A program made the translations under genes and the position numbers. A DNA stretch of 64,000 bases from NCBI RefSeq assembly GCF_044704955.1, contig NC_091989.1, forward strand, positions 84,692,001 to 84,756,000, given 5' to 3'. This document shows, in pieces, positions 47,095-59,269 of the stretch. The stretch's first letter is position 1. Each line of letters starts with the position of its first letter. The notes below the pieces were generated by a model. That model saw only the letters and a list, made by a program, of their open reading frames with translations, ran no database searches and was not told the origin of the DNA. The DNA comes from Pristiophorus japonicus (lineage: Eukaryota).

Positions 47095-47760
47095 CAAACA
47101 ATGACTTGTTTTTAGATAACACCTTTAACATAGAGAAATCTTCCAAAGCAAGATTAAAAAACAGACACTGGGCCAAGGTAGGAGATAATAAGAGGGGCGA
47201 TCAAAAGTTTGGTCAAAGAGGTGGGTTTTAATGAAGAAATAGCAAGGTCGGGGTGGGGAGTGAGGTGGTGTCGGGTTAGGGAGTGAATTCCAGAGTTTGA
47301 AGCTTAGGTACTGTCAATGGTGGAGTGAAGGTACGGGGTGTACAGTGGCCAGCATCAGAGGAATGAAGAGATCAGAGGGGGTTGTAGGGCTGGAGGAGTT
47401 TACAAAGATAAGGAGGGGTGAGGCGAATGAAGGATTTAAACAGGAGAATGATCATTTTAAATTGGAGACATTGGGGGACCTGGAGCTAATGAAGGTAATT
47501 TATTACAGGGTGATGGGTGAGACGGATTTTGTCCGAAATAGGATATAGACGGCAGAGATTTAGACGTGATGAGGTTTATGGAGGATGGAGGATGGGAGGC
47601 TGGCCAGGAGAGCATTGGAAGCATGGATGATGGTTTCAGCTGAAGATGGGCTGAGTTAGGGCTTGAGACCGGTGATGTTATGGGGGTAAAGGCAAGTGAT
47701 TATTGTGATGGAGGATATGGGGTCAGATTTTCAACTCAAGGTCAATTAGGATGCTGGGCA
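47095..47760 (-). mobile_element. Decayed L2-like LINE 3' region
   Basis: Purine-rich + strand; reverse complement resembles the L2-type tail at 7862-8008 (GAATTCCAGAG, TTGGTCAAAGAGGTGGGTTTT). Confidence 0.5.
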
Positions 47761-47766
47761 TTGGTT

Positions 47767-50700
47767 ACATAGAAACATAGAAACATAGAAAATAGGTGCA
47801 GGATTAGGCCATTTGGCCCTTTGAGCCTGCACCACCATTCAATAAGATCATAGCTGATCATTCCCTCAGTACCCCTTTCCTGCTTTCTCTCCATACCACT
47901 TGATCCTCTTAGCCGTAAGGGCCATATCTAACTCCCTCTTGAATATATTCAATGAACTGGCATCAACAACTCTCTGCAGCAGGGAATTCCACAGGTTAAC
48001 AACTCTCTAAGTGAAGAAGTTTCTCCTCATCTCAGTCTTAAATGGCCTACCCCTTAGCCTAAGACTGTGTCCCCTGGTTCTGGGCTTCCCCAACATCGGG
48101 AACATTCTACCCGCATCTAACCTGTCCCGTCCCGTTTCAATCTTATCTGCTTCTATGAGATCCTCACTCATCCTTCGAAACACCAATGTATAAAGGCCCA
48201 GTTGATCCAGTCTCTCCTCATATGTCAGTCCTGCCATCCCGGGAATCAGTCTGGTGAACCTTAGCTGCACTCCCTCAATAGCAAGAATGTCCTTCCTCAG
48301 ATTAGGAGACCAAAACTGAGCACAGTATTCCAGGTGAGGCCTCACCAAGGCCCTGTACAACTGCAGTAAGACCTCCCTGCTCCTATACTCAAATCCCCAA
48401 GCTATGAAGGCCAACATACCATTTGCCTTATTCACCGTCTGCTGTACCAGTATGGCAACTTTCAATGACTGATGAACCATGACACCCAGGTCTCATTGCA
48501 CCTCCCCTTTTCCTAATCTGCCGCCATTCAGATAATATTCTGTCTTCGCGTTTTTGCCCCCAAAGTGGATAACCTCACATTTATCCACATTATACTGCAT
48601 CTGCCATGCACTTGCCCACTCACCTAACCTGTCCAAGTCAGCCTGCAGCCTCCTAGTGTCCCCCTCACAGCTCACACTGCCACCCAGTTTAGTGTCATCT
48701 GCAAACTTGGAGATATTACACTTAATTCCTTCATCCAAATCATTGATGTATATTGTAAAGAGCTGGGGTCCCAGCACTGAGCCCTGCGGCACTCCACTAG
48801 TCACTGCCTGTCATTCTGAAAAGGATCCGTTTATCCCGACTCTCTGCTTCCTGTCTGCCAACCAGTTCTTTAACCACGTCAGTATATTACCTCCAATACC
48901 ATGTGCTTTGATTTTGCACACCAATCTCTTGTCTGGGGCTTTGTCAAAAGTCTTTTGAAATTCCAAATACACCACATCTACTGGTTCTCCCTTGTCCATT
49001 CTACTAGTTACATCCTCAAAAAATTCCAGAAGATTTGCCAAGCATGATTTCCCCTTCATAAATCCATGCTGACTTAGACCGATCCTGTCACTGCTTTCCA
49101 AATGCGCTGCTATTTCAATCCTTAATAATTGATTCCAACATTTTCCCCACGACTGATATCAGGCTAACTGCTCTATAATTACCCGCTTTCTCTCTCCCTC
49201 CCTTTTTAAAAAGTGGTGTTACATTAGCTACCCTCCAGTCCATAGGAACTGATCCGGAGTCGATAGACTGTTGGAAAGTGATCACCAATCCATCCACTAT
49301 TTCTAGGGCCACTTCCTTAAGTACTCTGGGATGCAGACTATCAGGTCCCGGGGATTTATCAGCCTTCAACCCTATCAATTTCCAAAACACAATTTCCCAC
49401 CTAATAAGGATATCCTTCAGTTCAGCCTTCTTGCTAGACCCACGGTCCATTTGTACTTCCGGACGGTTATTTGTATCTTCCTTCATGAAGACAGAACCAA
49501 AGTATTTGTTCAATTGGTCTGCCATTTCATTGTTCCCCATTGTAAATTCACCTGAATCCGACTACAAGGGACCGACGTTTGTCTTTACTAAGCTTTTTCT
49601 CTTCACATATCTATAGAAGCTTTTGCAGTCAGTTTTTATGTTCCTGGCAAGCTTCTTCTCGTATTCTATTTTCCCCCTCTTAATTAAACCCTTTGTCCTC
49701 CTCAGCTGAATTCTAAATTTCTCCCAGTCCTCAGGTTTGTTGCTTTTTCTGGCCAATTTATATGCCTCTTCCTTGGATTTAACACTATCCTTAATTTGCC
49801 TTGTTGGCCACGGTTGAGCCGCCTTCTCCGTTTTATTTTTACTCCAGACAGGGATGTACAATTGCTGAAGTTCATCCATGTGGTCTTTAAATGTTTGCCA
49901 TTGCCTATCCACCGTCAACCCTTTAGGTATCATTTGCCAGTCTATTCTAGCCAATTCACGCCTCAAACCATCGAAGTTACCTTTCCTTAAGTTCAGGAAC
50001 CTAGTTTCTGAATTAATTATGTCACTCTCCATCTTAATAAAGAATTCTACCATGTTATGGTCACTCTTCCTCAAGGGGCCTCGCACAACATGATTGCTAA
50101 TTAGTCCTTTCTCGTTACATCTCACCAGTCTAGGATGGCCAGCTCCCTAGTTGGTTCCTCGAAATATTGGTCTAGATAACCATATCTAATACCCTCCAGG
50201 AAATCCTCCTCCACCACATTGCTACCCGTTTGGTTAGCCCAATCAATATGTAGATTAAAGTCGCCCATGATAACTTCTGTACCTTTATTGCATGCATCCC
50301 TAATTTCTTGTTTGATGCTGTCCCCAACCTTACTACTATTGTTTGGTGGTCTGTACACAACTCCCACTAGCGTTTTCTGCCCCTTGGTATTCCGTATCTC
50401 CACCCATACCGATTCCACATCATCCAAGCTAATGTCCTTTCTTACTATTGCATTACTTTCCTCTTTAGCCAGCAATGCCATCCCACCTCCTTTTCCTTTC
50501 TGTCTATCCTTCCTAAATGTTGAATATCCCTGGATGTTGAGTTCCCAGCCTTGGTCACCCTGGAGCCATGTCTCCGTGAATGGCGGCAGATTAGGAAAAT
50601 GGGGAGGTGCAACGAGACCTGAGTGTCATGGTTCATCAGTCATTGAAGGTTGGCATGCAGGTACAGCAGGCGGTGAAGAAGGCAAATGGTATGGTGGCCT

Positions 50701-52052
50701 TCATAGCTAGGGGATTTGAGTATAGGAGCAGGGAGGCCTTACTGCTGTTGTACAGGGCCTTAGTGAAGCCTCACCTGGAATATTGTGTTCAGTTTTGATC
50801 TCCTAATCTGAGGAAGGACGTTCTTGCTATTGAGGGAGTGCAGCGAAGGTTCACCAGACTAATTCCAGGGATGGCTGGACTGTCATATGAGGAGCGACTG
50901 GATCGACTGGGCCTTTATTCACTGGAGTTTAAAAGGATGAGAGGAGATCTCATAGAAATGTATAAAATTCTGACAGGAATGGACAGGTTAGATGCGGGAA
51001 GAATGTTCCTGATATTGGGGGAGTCCAGAACTAGGAAACATAGTCTTAGGATAAGGGGTATGCCATTTACGACTGAGTTGAGGAGAAACTTCTTCACTCA
51101 GAGAGTTGTTAACCTGTGGAATTCCCTGCTGCAGAGAGTTGTTGACGCCAGTTCATTGGATATATTCAAGAGGGAGTTAGATATGGCCCTTACGGTTAAA
51201 GTGATCAAGGGGTATGGAGAGAAAGCAGGAAAGGGGTACTGAGGGAATGATCAGCCATGATCTTATTGAATGGCAGTGCAGGCTCGAAGGGCCAAATGGC
51301 CTACTCCTGCACCTATTTTCTATGTTTCTATGATTCTATGCCAATTACATCATACCCGTTAATTGCTATCTGCACAGTTAATGTGTCCACCTTATTCCGA
51401 ATACTCCTCGCATTGAGGCACAGAGCCTCCAGGCTTGTCTTTCTAACACACTTTGCCCCTTTGGAATTTTGGTGTAATGTGGCCGTTTTTGCGTTTTGCC
51501 TTAGGTTTCTCTGCCCTCCACTTTTACTTTTCTTCTTTCTATCTTTTGCTTCTGCCCCCATTCTACTTCCCTCTGTCTCCCTGCATAGGTTCCCATCCCC
51601 GTGGCATATTAGTTTAACTCCTCCCCAACAGCACTAGCAAACATTCCCCCTCCGACATTGGTTCCGGTCCTGCCCAGGTGCAGACCGTCCGGTTTGTACT
51701 GGTCCTACCTACCCAGAACCGGTTCCGATGGCCCAGGAATTTGAATCCCTCCCTTGTGAACCACTCCTCAAGCCACATATTCATCTGAGCTATCCTGCGA
51801 TTCCTACTCTGACTAGCACGTGGCACTGGTAGTAATCCTGAGATTACTACTTTTTAATTTAGCTCCTAGCTTCCTAAATTCATCTCATAGTACCTCATTC
51901 CATTTTTTACCTCTATTGTTGGTACCTATATGCACCACAACAACTGGCTGTTCACCCTCCCTTTTCAGAATGCCCTGCACCTGCTCCGAGACATCCTTGA
52001 CCCTTGCACCAGGGAGGCAACATAACATCCTGGAGTCTCGGTTGCGGCCGCA
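47767..52052 (-). mobile_element. Near full-length decayed CR1, split by nested CR1 50578-51335
   Basis: Series of minus-strand ORFs covering ORF1 end, endonuclease, RT and C-terminus; tail CATAGAAA repeats at 47767. Confidence 0.95.
50578..51335 (+). mobile_element. 5'-truncated CR1 nested in the opposite orientation
   Basis: ORFs 50607-50798 and 50838-51242; 3' UTR and TTCTATG tail. Confidence 0.92.
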
Positions 52053-52084
52053 GCATCAGGCAACGGTCAGAGTGTGGGATCAAT

Positions 52085-52367
52085 GCGGTCGCCCATTTAA
52101 AACGAAAATGAGGAAGAATTTCTTCTCTCAGAAAGTCGTGAATCTTTGGAATTCTCTGCATCAGAGAGCAGTAGAAGCTGGGTCTTTGAATATATTTAAG
52201 GTGGAGATAGACAGATTTTTGAAAGATAACGAAGTCAAAGCTTAAGGGGAAAGGGCAGGTAAGTGGAGTTGAGGCCAGGATCAGATCAGCCGTGATCTTA
52301 TTAAATGGCGGAGCAGGCTCGAGGGGCCGTATGGCCTACTCCTGATTCTATTTCTTATGTTCTTATG
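52085..52367 (+). mobile_element. CR1 3' fragment
   Basis: GRPFKTKMRKNFFSQKVVNLWNSL plus 3' UTR. Confidence 0.88.
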
Positions 52368-53729
52368 AAATGGGTGTCAAAATTGCAGAGTCTGTAATAG
52401 GGGCTGGAGAAGACGGCTTCAGTCATCAATAAATATAAACTTTTTCTTGATATGTTGAAAGTTGGAAACCTAAGCATACAATGCTCGCAATCTACATATT
52501 ATGTAGAGGGAAATGTACGCGATGACTATCGCCTGACATTGCCTGGAATACACAGGTCTTTACCTGATTTAGAAGGGGCTCCTTTGAATTGTGAAAGTCC
52601 ATTAAAGATGGTTATCAAGGCTCAAACATAAAAAATAGGCGAGGTAATAGGGAGCGAGCAGTGCCAAGGAACCTACTCCTGCAAACAGCCATCACTTTGA
52701 GGGAGGAGGGAATAACCTTGGCAGGAAATAGGTTTACATTTTCTGCTTTTTTGGAGTTTCATGACCATTCATCCCCATGTCCCATTCTGCATCCAATTCA
52801 CAAATGCAAACACTGAAATGTATCGACGATAAAGTTTGACACTTAATTTTCAGCTTTAACTTATTCATGTGTGTGGCGCTCCTTTGTCAGGGACGGGACT
52901 CGGACCCAAGCAGGGACTGGTAGAAGGGCAGGTCAAAGCATCTGAGAGAGGGAAGAAACAAAAGAGAGGAGAATTTCACAGAACAGGACAGAGACGGGCG
53001 AAGGCATGGTGAACAGTAGTGGAGGGTGGAAGGTGAGATTCAAAAGCTAAGGATCAGGGACTTTAAACAAGTATTTCAAATCAATGCATGGAGGATGGGG
53101 AGTCAGTAGATCTCAGTAATGGCAGGGGTGGTAGATGAATGGAACTTAGTATGGGAAGAAAGAAATTGCATTTAAATATCGCCTTTCAGGACCATGGGAC
53201 ATCTTATAGCACTTCTCAGCCAGATCTGGATCTCGGTCACAAAACAGAAAGATCATTTGATCCACCCTTCGTTCCAACATCAAGAAACATCCCATCATGT
53301 CTCCACACGGTCTTCAATAGTTTCTCACATGTTTCAGGGTTTCTGTTTCGGTATTCAGACAAAGTCCAGTCTTTACTTTGATCACTTTCTGTGATAAATC
53401 TTCCTGACATCTGATCTAAATTTGTTGATATCCAGTTTGAACCTGTGCCCCCTTGACCCACGACCATGGCGTGGTTTGAAGTATTGCTCAATATGTACCA
53501 GTTAATACATTCTTCAGTCATTCCTTTCAAGATTAAAACGTTTTTCCAGTTGTCTATTGGCTATTCGCTAAACTGGCTCATTATTTTACTCGGGATCAGA
53601 ACTCAATCTAGTGCTCGGTTTGAGCACTGCTCGCACCCATTTTGATTCTAATGTTGTCAATACATAATTCAACATTCTATTTATGTTGGTGAATATTGCT
53701 CCACAGTGATTCGACAAACTGACCACAGA

Positions 53730-53902
53730 GTCCTCTAGTTTCTCCAGTCTCTCTAAGTAACTGAAGTCCCTCATCCCTTGTACAATTCTAGTAAACCTCC
53801 TCTTCACCCTCTCCAAGGCCTCGACAACCTTGCTAAATTGCAGTATCCAGAATTGGCCATAATGCTGCACCTGAGGCCTAACCGGTGTTTTATAAAGGTT
53901 AA
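53730..53902 (-). mobile_element. Old CR1 fragment adjoining the ERV LTR
   Basis: QHYGQFW...ALERVKRRFTRIV..RLEKL. Confidence 0.75.
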
Positions 53903-54515
53903 TGTAGAAATATGCAGGCTATGGCAACATAAGATGGGAAGACCTGAGAATAAGGTTAAGGTGCCTTGAACATAGAAATGAATTACCAATTGAAACTGAA
54001 CTTTAGTCAATCCTTCCTTAGCATAGCCAGTAACAATTATAAACTAATCATGGAAAATAAAGTTTAGAATAAACTAATCATCAGGACAGACAAATGTGTA
54101 AGCAAAGAGATGGGACAAATTAGAGAATAGTATGTACCAGGAGGGGAAACCCCACCAAGGCAGTGAGAACCTAGAACCCACCCTCGAGAGAAGCTGGACC
54201 TTAAGCAGGGAGCTTAAAGCAGGACACGAGAGAAGCCGGACCTTAAGCTAGGAGCTTAAAGCAAGACACCAGTGGCAGAGATTGATCACCTCTGTTAACG
54301 GGTAATATAAGCACAAGTAGTGAGGCTTATGTGCTATTTTATACATTGTTTGTACTTTAATTCTAATTTGAGAAATAAAGTTTATTTGGCTTAAACGTAA
54401 CATTTGTCAACGACTTTCTTTCAATACTCGAAGTCCCACCAAATTGTTGCGACTGTAGTAACTAAATACCCACCGAGTAAACTGTCTACAAACCTACAGT
54501 GAGTTTTGGGCAACA
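53903..54515 (+). repeat. 5' LTR of ERV-like element
   Basis: Starts TGTAG, ends CAACA; two ~43-bp tandem repeats (~54185-54270); TATAA at 54306-54310; AATAAA at 54374-54379. Confidence 0.85.
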
Positions 54516-54518
54516 AAC

Positions 54519-54536
54519 TGGCGACCCAGATGGGAC
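54519..54536 (+). promoter_or_regulatory. Primer-binding site, tRNA-Arg(CCG)
   Basis: TGGCGACCCAGATGGGAC is the complement of the vertebrate tRNA-Arg(CCG) 3' end GUCCCAUCUGGGUCG-CCA (from memory), 3 nt after the LTR end. Confidence 0.9.
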
Positions 54537-54612
54537 TGTGAATTTAAAGAGTATTGGAAGAAAGAAAGTCAGTATTTGAACTGGTCAGGGACCAGGACTA
54601 AGGACAGTCAGT

Positions 54613-55770
54613 ATGGAGACACAAAGGGAAAAAAAATAAGGAAATTACCTCCCATGATTGGGAAGAGCAGTTTAACCGAGTAATGATTCAGAAATTTCAG
54701 TTGGATGTCGACAATGTCCATGTTATGGCCAACTGAAAGTACAGGCCAAAAAATTTTAGAAACTACTTTAACAGGCGCCAGTAAAACCCTAAAAGGTAAA
54801 AATTACAAATATGTACAAATGGGAGCCTGGTATCACGAGTTACGGAATGAACGAACCCAACTCCAGGAGCAAACGCGCGAATTGGAAAGGGTCAAAAGGG
54901 AAATAGAGGAATTAAGGAGAGAAAATACCCAACTCAAGTACGAAAAATAATTACGGCTAGTCTGCGAACCATAGATTCAAGTGTATTTGCGACTAATAGG
55001 TGAAAGAAAGAATTGAGGGCATCGGGATTGGCCCAAGATCGCCTGGCAACCGGATGCCAGGACTTGAAGTTAGCCCTTAGATAATGCAGCAGTTTCACCA
55101 AAGGGAGAAGTATGATAAATCAGACCATACTCCCTGCCATAAAGAAATTGATAAATTAAAAGCACAATTATCCTCCCACAGAGGAATGATTTGCCTTTTC
55201 TCTGACCAAGGGGGTTCCGAAATTAACTATGCTGATTTGGCTGAGGCAGCCTATGAGTATGAACATGACCCAGAATTAGAGGAATAGAGAAAGCCCCCAC
55301 CTTATGCCCCTGACCCCCCAGCATGTCAGGCCACCATGAATCCCATGATAACTACTAGGGGTGGGGGTATCAAGGGTGACGTACCCGTACGTTACTCCAC
55401 CCCCTTGAATGTTTCCCAACTAAGTAAAATTTCCAAAGGTATTTCTAAATATGAAGGGGAAAAATAGTTTTGAATTACGGAAAGCATCAGTCAAACAGGC
55501 CTCTTAGACCCACGGATTAGATGAAGCAGAACAAAGGAAATTGGTAACTTTGTGTCTGGGACCGGTTATTTTTGGGGCCATGCCGCAAACACAAAGTATG
55601 GGAGGAGGAACCTTGGCGGAATTGTGGATCGCTATACAGGATGTTCAGGGGTCAACAGTAAGGACCCTGTTATGGAATTGGCTAACTTTAGACAGTCCCT
55701 GGAACAACACCCCTGTACCTATGCAGAGCGATTATGGGTATTTTACTGTGCGGTAATGGGTCACCGGGCT
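54613..55770 (+). pseudogene. gag-like gene (coiled-coil N-terminus, PPPY late-domain motif, capsid-like helical region), disrupted
   Basis: ORF pieces 54705-54950, 55084-55287, 55541-55756 and 55552-55830; PPPY at 55294-55305 is in frame past a stop; QHPCTYAERLW. Confidence 0.7.
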
Positions 55771-55885
55771 AGGGAGCATAGAGCTCCAAGACAAATCCAC
55801 AGAAAAGGGGTCTCAAGGTGGCCAGGATAATTCAGATGCTCATGGAGCAAGTTGAGCGTTTGGAAAAAGAGAAACACGATTCAAA

Positions 55886-57908
55886 AACATAGAAACATAG
55901 AAAATAGGTGCAGGAGCAGGCCATTCGGCCCTTCGAGCCTGCACCGCCATTCAATATGATCATGGCTGATCATGCAACTTTAGTACCCCCACTCCCACTT
56001 TCTCTCCATACCCCCTGATCACCTTAGCCATAAGGGCCACATCTAACTCACTTTTGAAAATATCCAACGAACTGGACTCCACAACTTTCTGTGGTAGAGA
56101 ATTCCACAGGTTCACCACTCTCTGGATGAAAAAGTTTCTTGTCATCTCGGTCCTATATGGCTTACATTTTATCCTTAGACTGTGACCCCTGGTTCTGTAC
56201 TTCCCCAACATCGGGAACATTCTTCCTGCATCTAAACTGTCCAGTCCCATCATAATTTTATATGTTTCTATGAGATCGCCTCTCCTTCATCTAAATTCCA
56301 GTGAGTATAAGCCTAGCCGATCCAGTCGTTCTTCATATATCAGTCCTGCCATCCCGGTAAACCTTCGCTGGACTCCCTTAATAGCAAGCATGTCCTTCCT
56401 CAGATTAGGAGACCAAAACTGCACACAATACTCAAAGCCCTGTACAACTGCAGTAAGACCTCCCTGCTCCTATACTCAAATCCTCTCGCTATGAAGGCCA
56501 ATGTGCTATTTGCTTTCTTTACTGCCTGATGTACATGCCTGCCCACCTTCAGTGACTGATGTACCATGACACCCAGGTCTCTTTGCACCTAGCCTTTTAC
56601 TATTCTGTCCCATTCAGATAATAATCTGCCTTCCTGTTTTTGCCACCAAAGTGGATAAACTCACATTTATCCACATTATGCTGCATCTGCCATGCATCTG
56701 CCAAGTCACCCTGCAGTCTCTTAGCATCCTCTTCACAACTCACACTGCCACCCAGCTTAGTGTCATCTGCGAACTTGGAGATATTACATTCAATTCCTTC
56801 ATCCAAATCATTAATGTATATTGTAAATAGCGGGGTCCCAGCACTGAACCTTGCAGCACCCCACTAGTCACTGACTGCCATTCTGAAAAGGACCCGTTTA
56901 TTCCCACTCTTTGCTTCCTGTCTGCCAACCAGTTCTCTATCCATGTCAATACATTACCCCCAATATCATGTTCCTTAATTTTGTACACTAATCTCTTATG
57001 TGGGACCTTTTCAAAAGCCTTTTGAAAGTCCAAATACACCACATCCATTGGTTCTCCCTTATCCACTCTACAAGTTACATCCTCAAAAACGCTAGAAGAT
57101 TTGTCAAGCATGATTTCCCTTTCATAAATCCATGCTGACTTGGACTAATCCTGTCACTGCTTTCCAAATGCGCTGCTATTACATCTTTAATAATTGATTC
57201 CAGCATTTTCCCCACCACTGATGTCAGGCTAACCGATCTATAATTCCCATTTTCTCTCTCCCTCCTTTTTTAAAAAGTGGTGTTACATTCGCTACCCTCT
57301 AATCTATAGGTAGTGATCCAGAGTCCATGGAATTTTGGAAAATGACTACAAATGCATCTAATATTTCTAGGGCCACTTCCTTAAGTACTCTGGGATGCAG
57401 ACTATCAGGCCCTGGAGATTTATCGGCCTTCAGTCCCATCAGTTTCCCTAACACCATTTCCTGACTAATGAGGATTTCCCTCAGTTCCTCCTTCCCGCTA
57501 GACCCTCGGTTCACTAGTATTTTCGGGAGGTTATCCGTGTCTTTCTTAGTGAAGACAGAACCAAAGTATTTATTCAATTGGTCTGCCATTTCTTTGTTCC
57601 CCATTATAAATTCACCTGCTTCTGACTGCAAGGGACCTACGTTTGTCTTCGCTAATCTTTTTCTCTTCATATGTTTATAGAAGTTTTTGCAGTCAGTTTT
57701 TATGTTCCGTGCAAGCTTACTCCCATATTCTATTTTCCCCCTCCTAATTAAACCCTTTGTCCTCCTCTGCTGAATTTAAAATTTCTCCCAGTCCTCAGGT
57801 TTGCTGCTTTTTCTGGCCAATTTATATACCTCTTCCTTGAATTTAACACTATCCCTAATTTCCCTTGTTAGCCACGGTTGAGCCACCTTTCCTGTTTTAT
57901 TTTTATGC
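55886..57908 (-). mobile_element. 5'-truncated CR1 inserted in the ERV
   Basis: KSPGPDSLHPRVLKE, YLDFQKAFEKVPH, SKFADDTK; tail CATAGAAACATAGAAA at 55888. Confidence 0.95.
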
Positions 57909-58260
57909 CAGAAAGTAGGGCAGGAGAGAGAGAGGCCGTCATGAACCGGCTGACAGAAGTTTTGAGCAATGAAAGGCAGGAGAGAAAAGCGCAGGAAGAA
58001 ACGGCTAGAAACAAGATAGAGTATCTGCAATTTCAGGCCACCAAAAGTAGAAGGCAGTGTCAGGCTCAGCGAGAGGAAATAAATAGGAACTCAGAGAGAG
58101 CTGACAAGGCTGAGGGTCAGTTAAAAGATATAAAGGTGGCAGACAGGGGAGTTCTAAATCCAGTATATGAAGAGGCCAATCACGGGCCCTAAAATGAAAA
58201 AAATCAATAAGTTGACCCTAGCATTATCCGGGGCCAGGGATATGGCTTGTCTTATGACAC
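57909..58260 (+). pseudogene. Second coiled-coil ORF of the ERV, paralogous to its Gag N-terminus
   Basis: Heptad-rich ORF ending NHGP*NEK/INKLTLALSGARDMACLM, versus Gag DHTPCHKEIDKLKAQLSSHRGMICLF. Probably continues IQMLMEQVERLEKEK (55830-55885) across the CR1. Confidence 0.65.
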
Positions 58261-59269
58261 CGGGGGTGAAAAGTCATGAAATGTCTCTGTAAGCCTGTCT
58301 GTGTAAAAACCTTTGATGTTTTCAGGGAGAATGTTTAAAGTTGTTTACCATTGTTATGTGTTTGTCAAATTTTAAAAATGCGGAAAAAAAGAAAGATAAC
58401 TCTGCACCAGGCTTCAGAAAGCAACATCTTTTTGCAGAGTTGAATGTAAATATTTTGAGCATTTTAAAATTTTAAGAACATTTTTAAAGTTTTGAATTTG
58501 AGTAGATGTGTCCCTCAGTGACAGAAAAGGGATCAGAATTGATGAATGAATCCAGTGGAATGGCAGGAAAACCACAATAGAGTTTCTGTTTTTTTCTTCT
58601 AAGCAGGACTACTGATGGTGCAAGATTACCAAGAGGGGTTGTTTAATATGGAAGTGACTTCAAGGTGTTACCAAACTTGAACTTTTGCTGGAACAAAGGA
58701 GAAAAGCCCCAGTAATGTTCAAGAGTTTGAACTTCTTATCTGCAATGATGGATTTCAAATGTCGCAGCATGGTGACAAAATTGAACTTAAGACTGCTTTA
58801 AAAAAAAATGCCTGGAATGCATGATTTGGAATCATGTGTTATCTTCCACGATACTCGATAGCGAAGATAAAGTGCCTTTGTTTTTGTTTTGTTAAATCAC
58901 AAAGGCTGGACATAGCTTATTGTGAAATTAAAGTTAACTAGCTAAATTGATACGAGTTGCTGCTCCAGCACTCGGGAAGGGAAATTTATCTTAAATTTAA
59001 GGGGATAATTCAATCTTATCTTTTGAAAAGGTCCAGTCAATGTGGTTCTATTTAAACTGTGTTTAAAAGGATATTTTTTTTTTTCGGTGGGGGGGGGGGG
59101 GGAGGGGAGGGGGTTGGGGTGTTCTTGCAGACTGGACTGCTCTCTGGAGTGACAATTTTTTAAGAAGGTTTATTAAGAGCTTATCAGCTGTCCAACTGTA
59201 AGAAACATAATCAGTAACCCACGGAAGAGCTTAAAACCAACGTGCTCATGTAAACACCAAGGGAAGATA

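Noticed and set aside
53237-53530. 97-aa minus-strand ORF in unique sequence as possible GPCR N-terminal exon
   Set aside because: No hydrophobic TM1 start and no convincing phase-1 donor; cannot be linked without transcript data.
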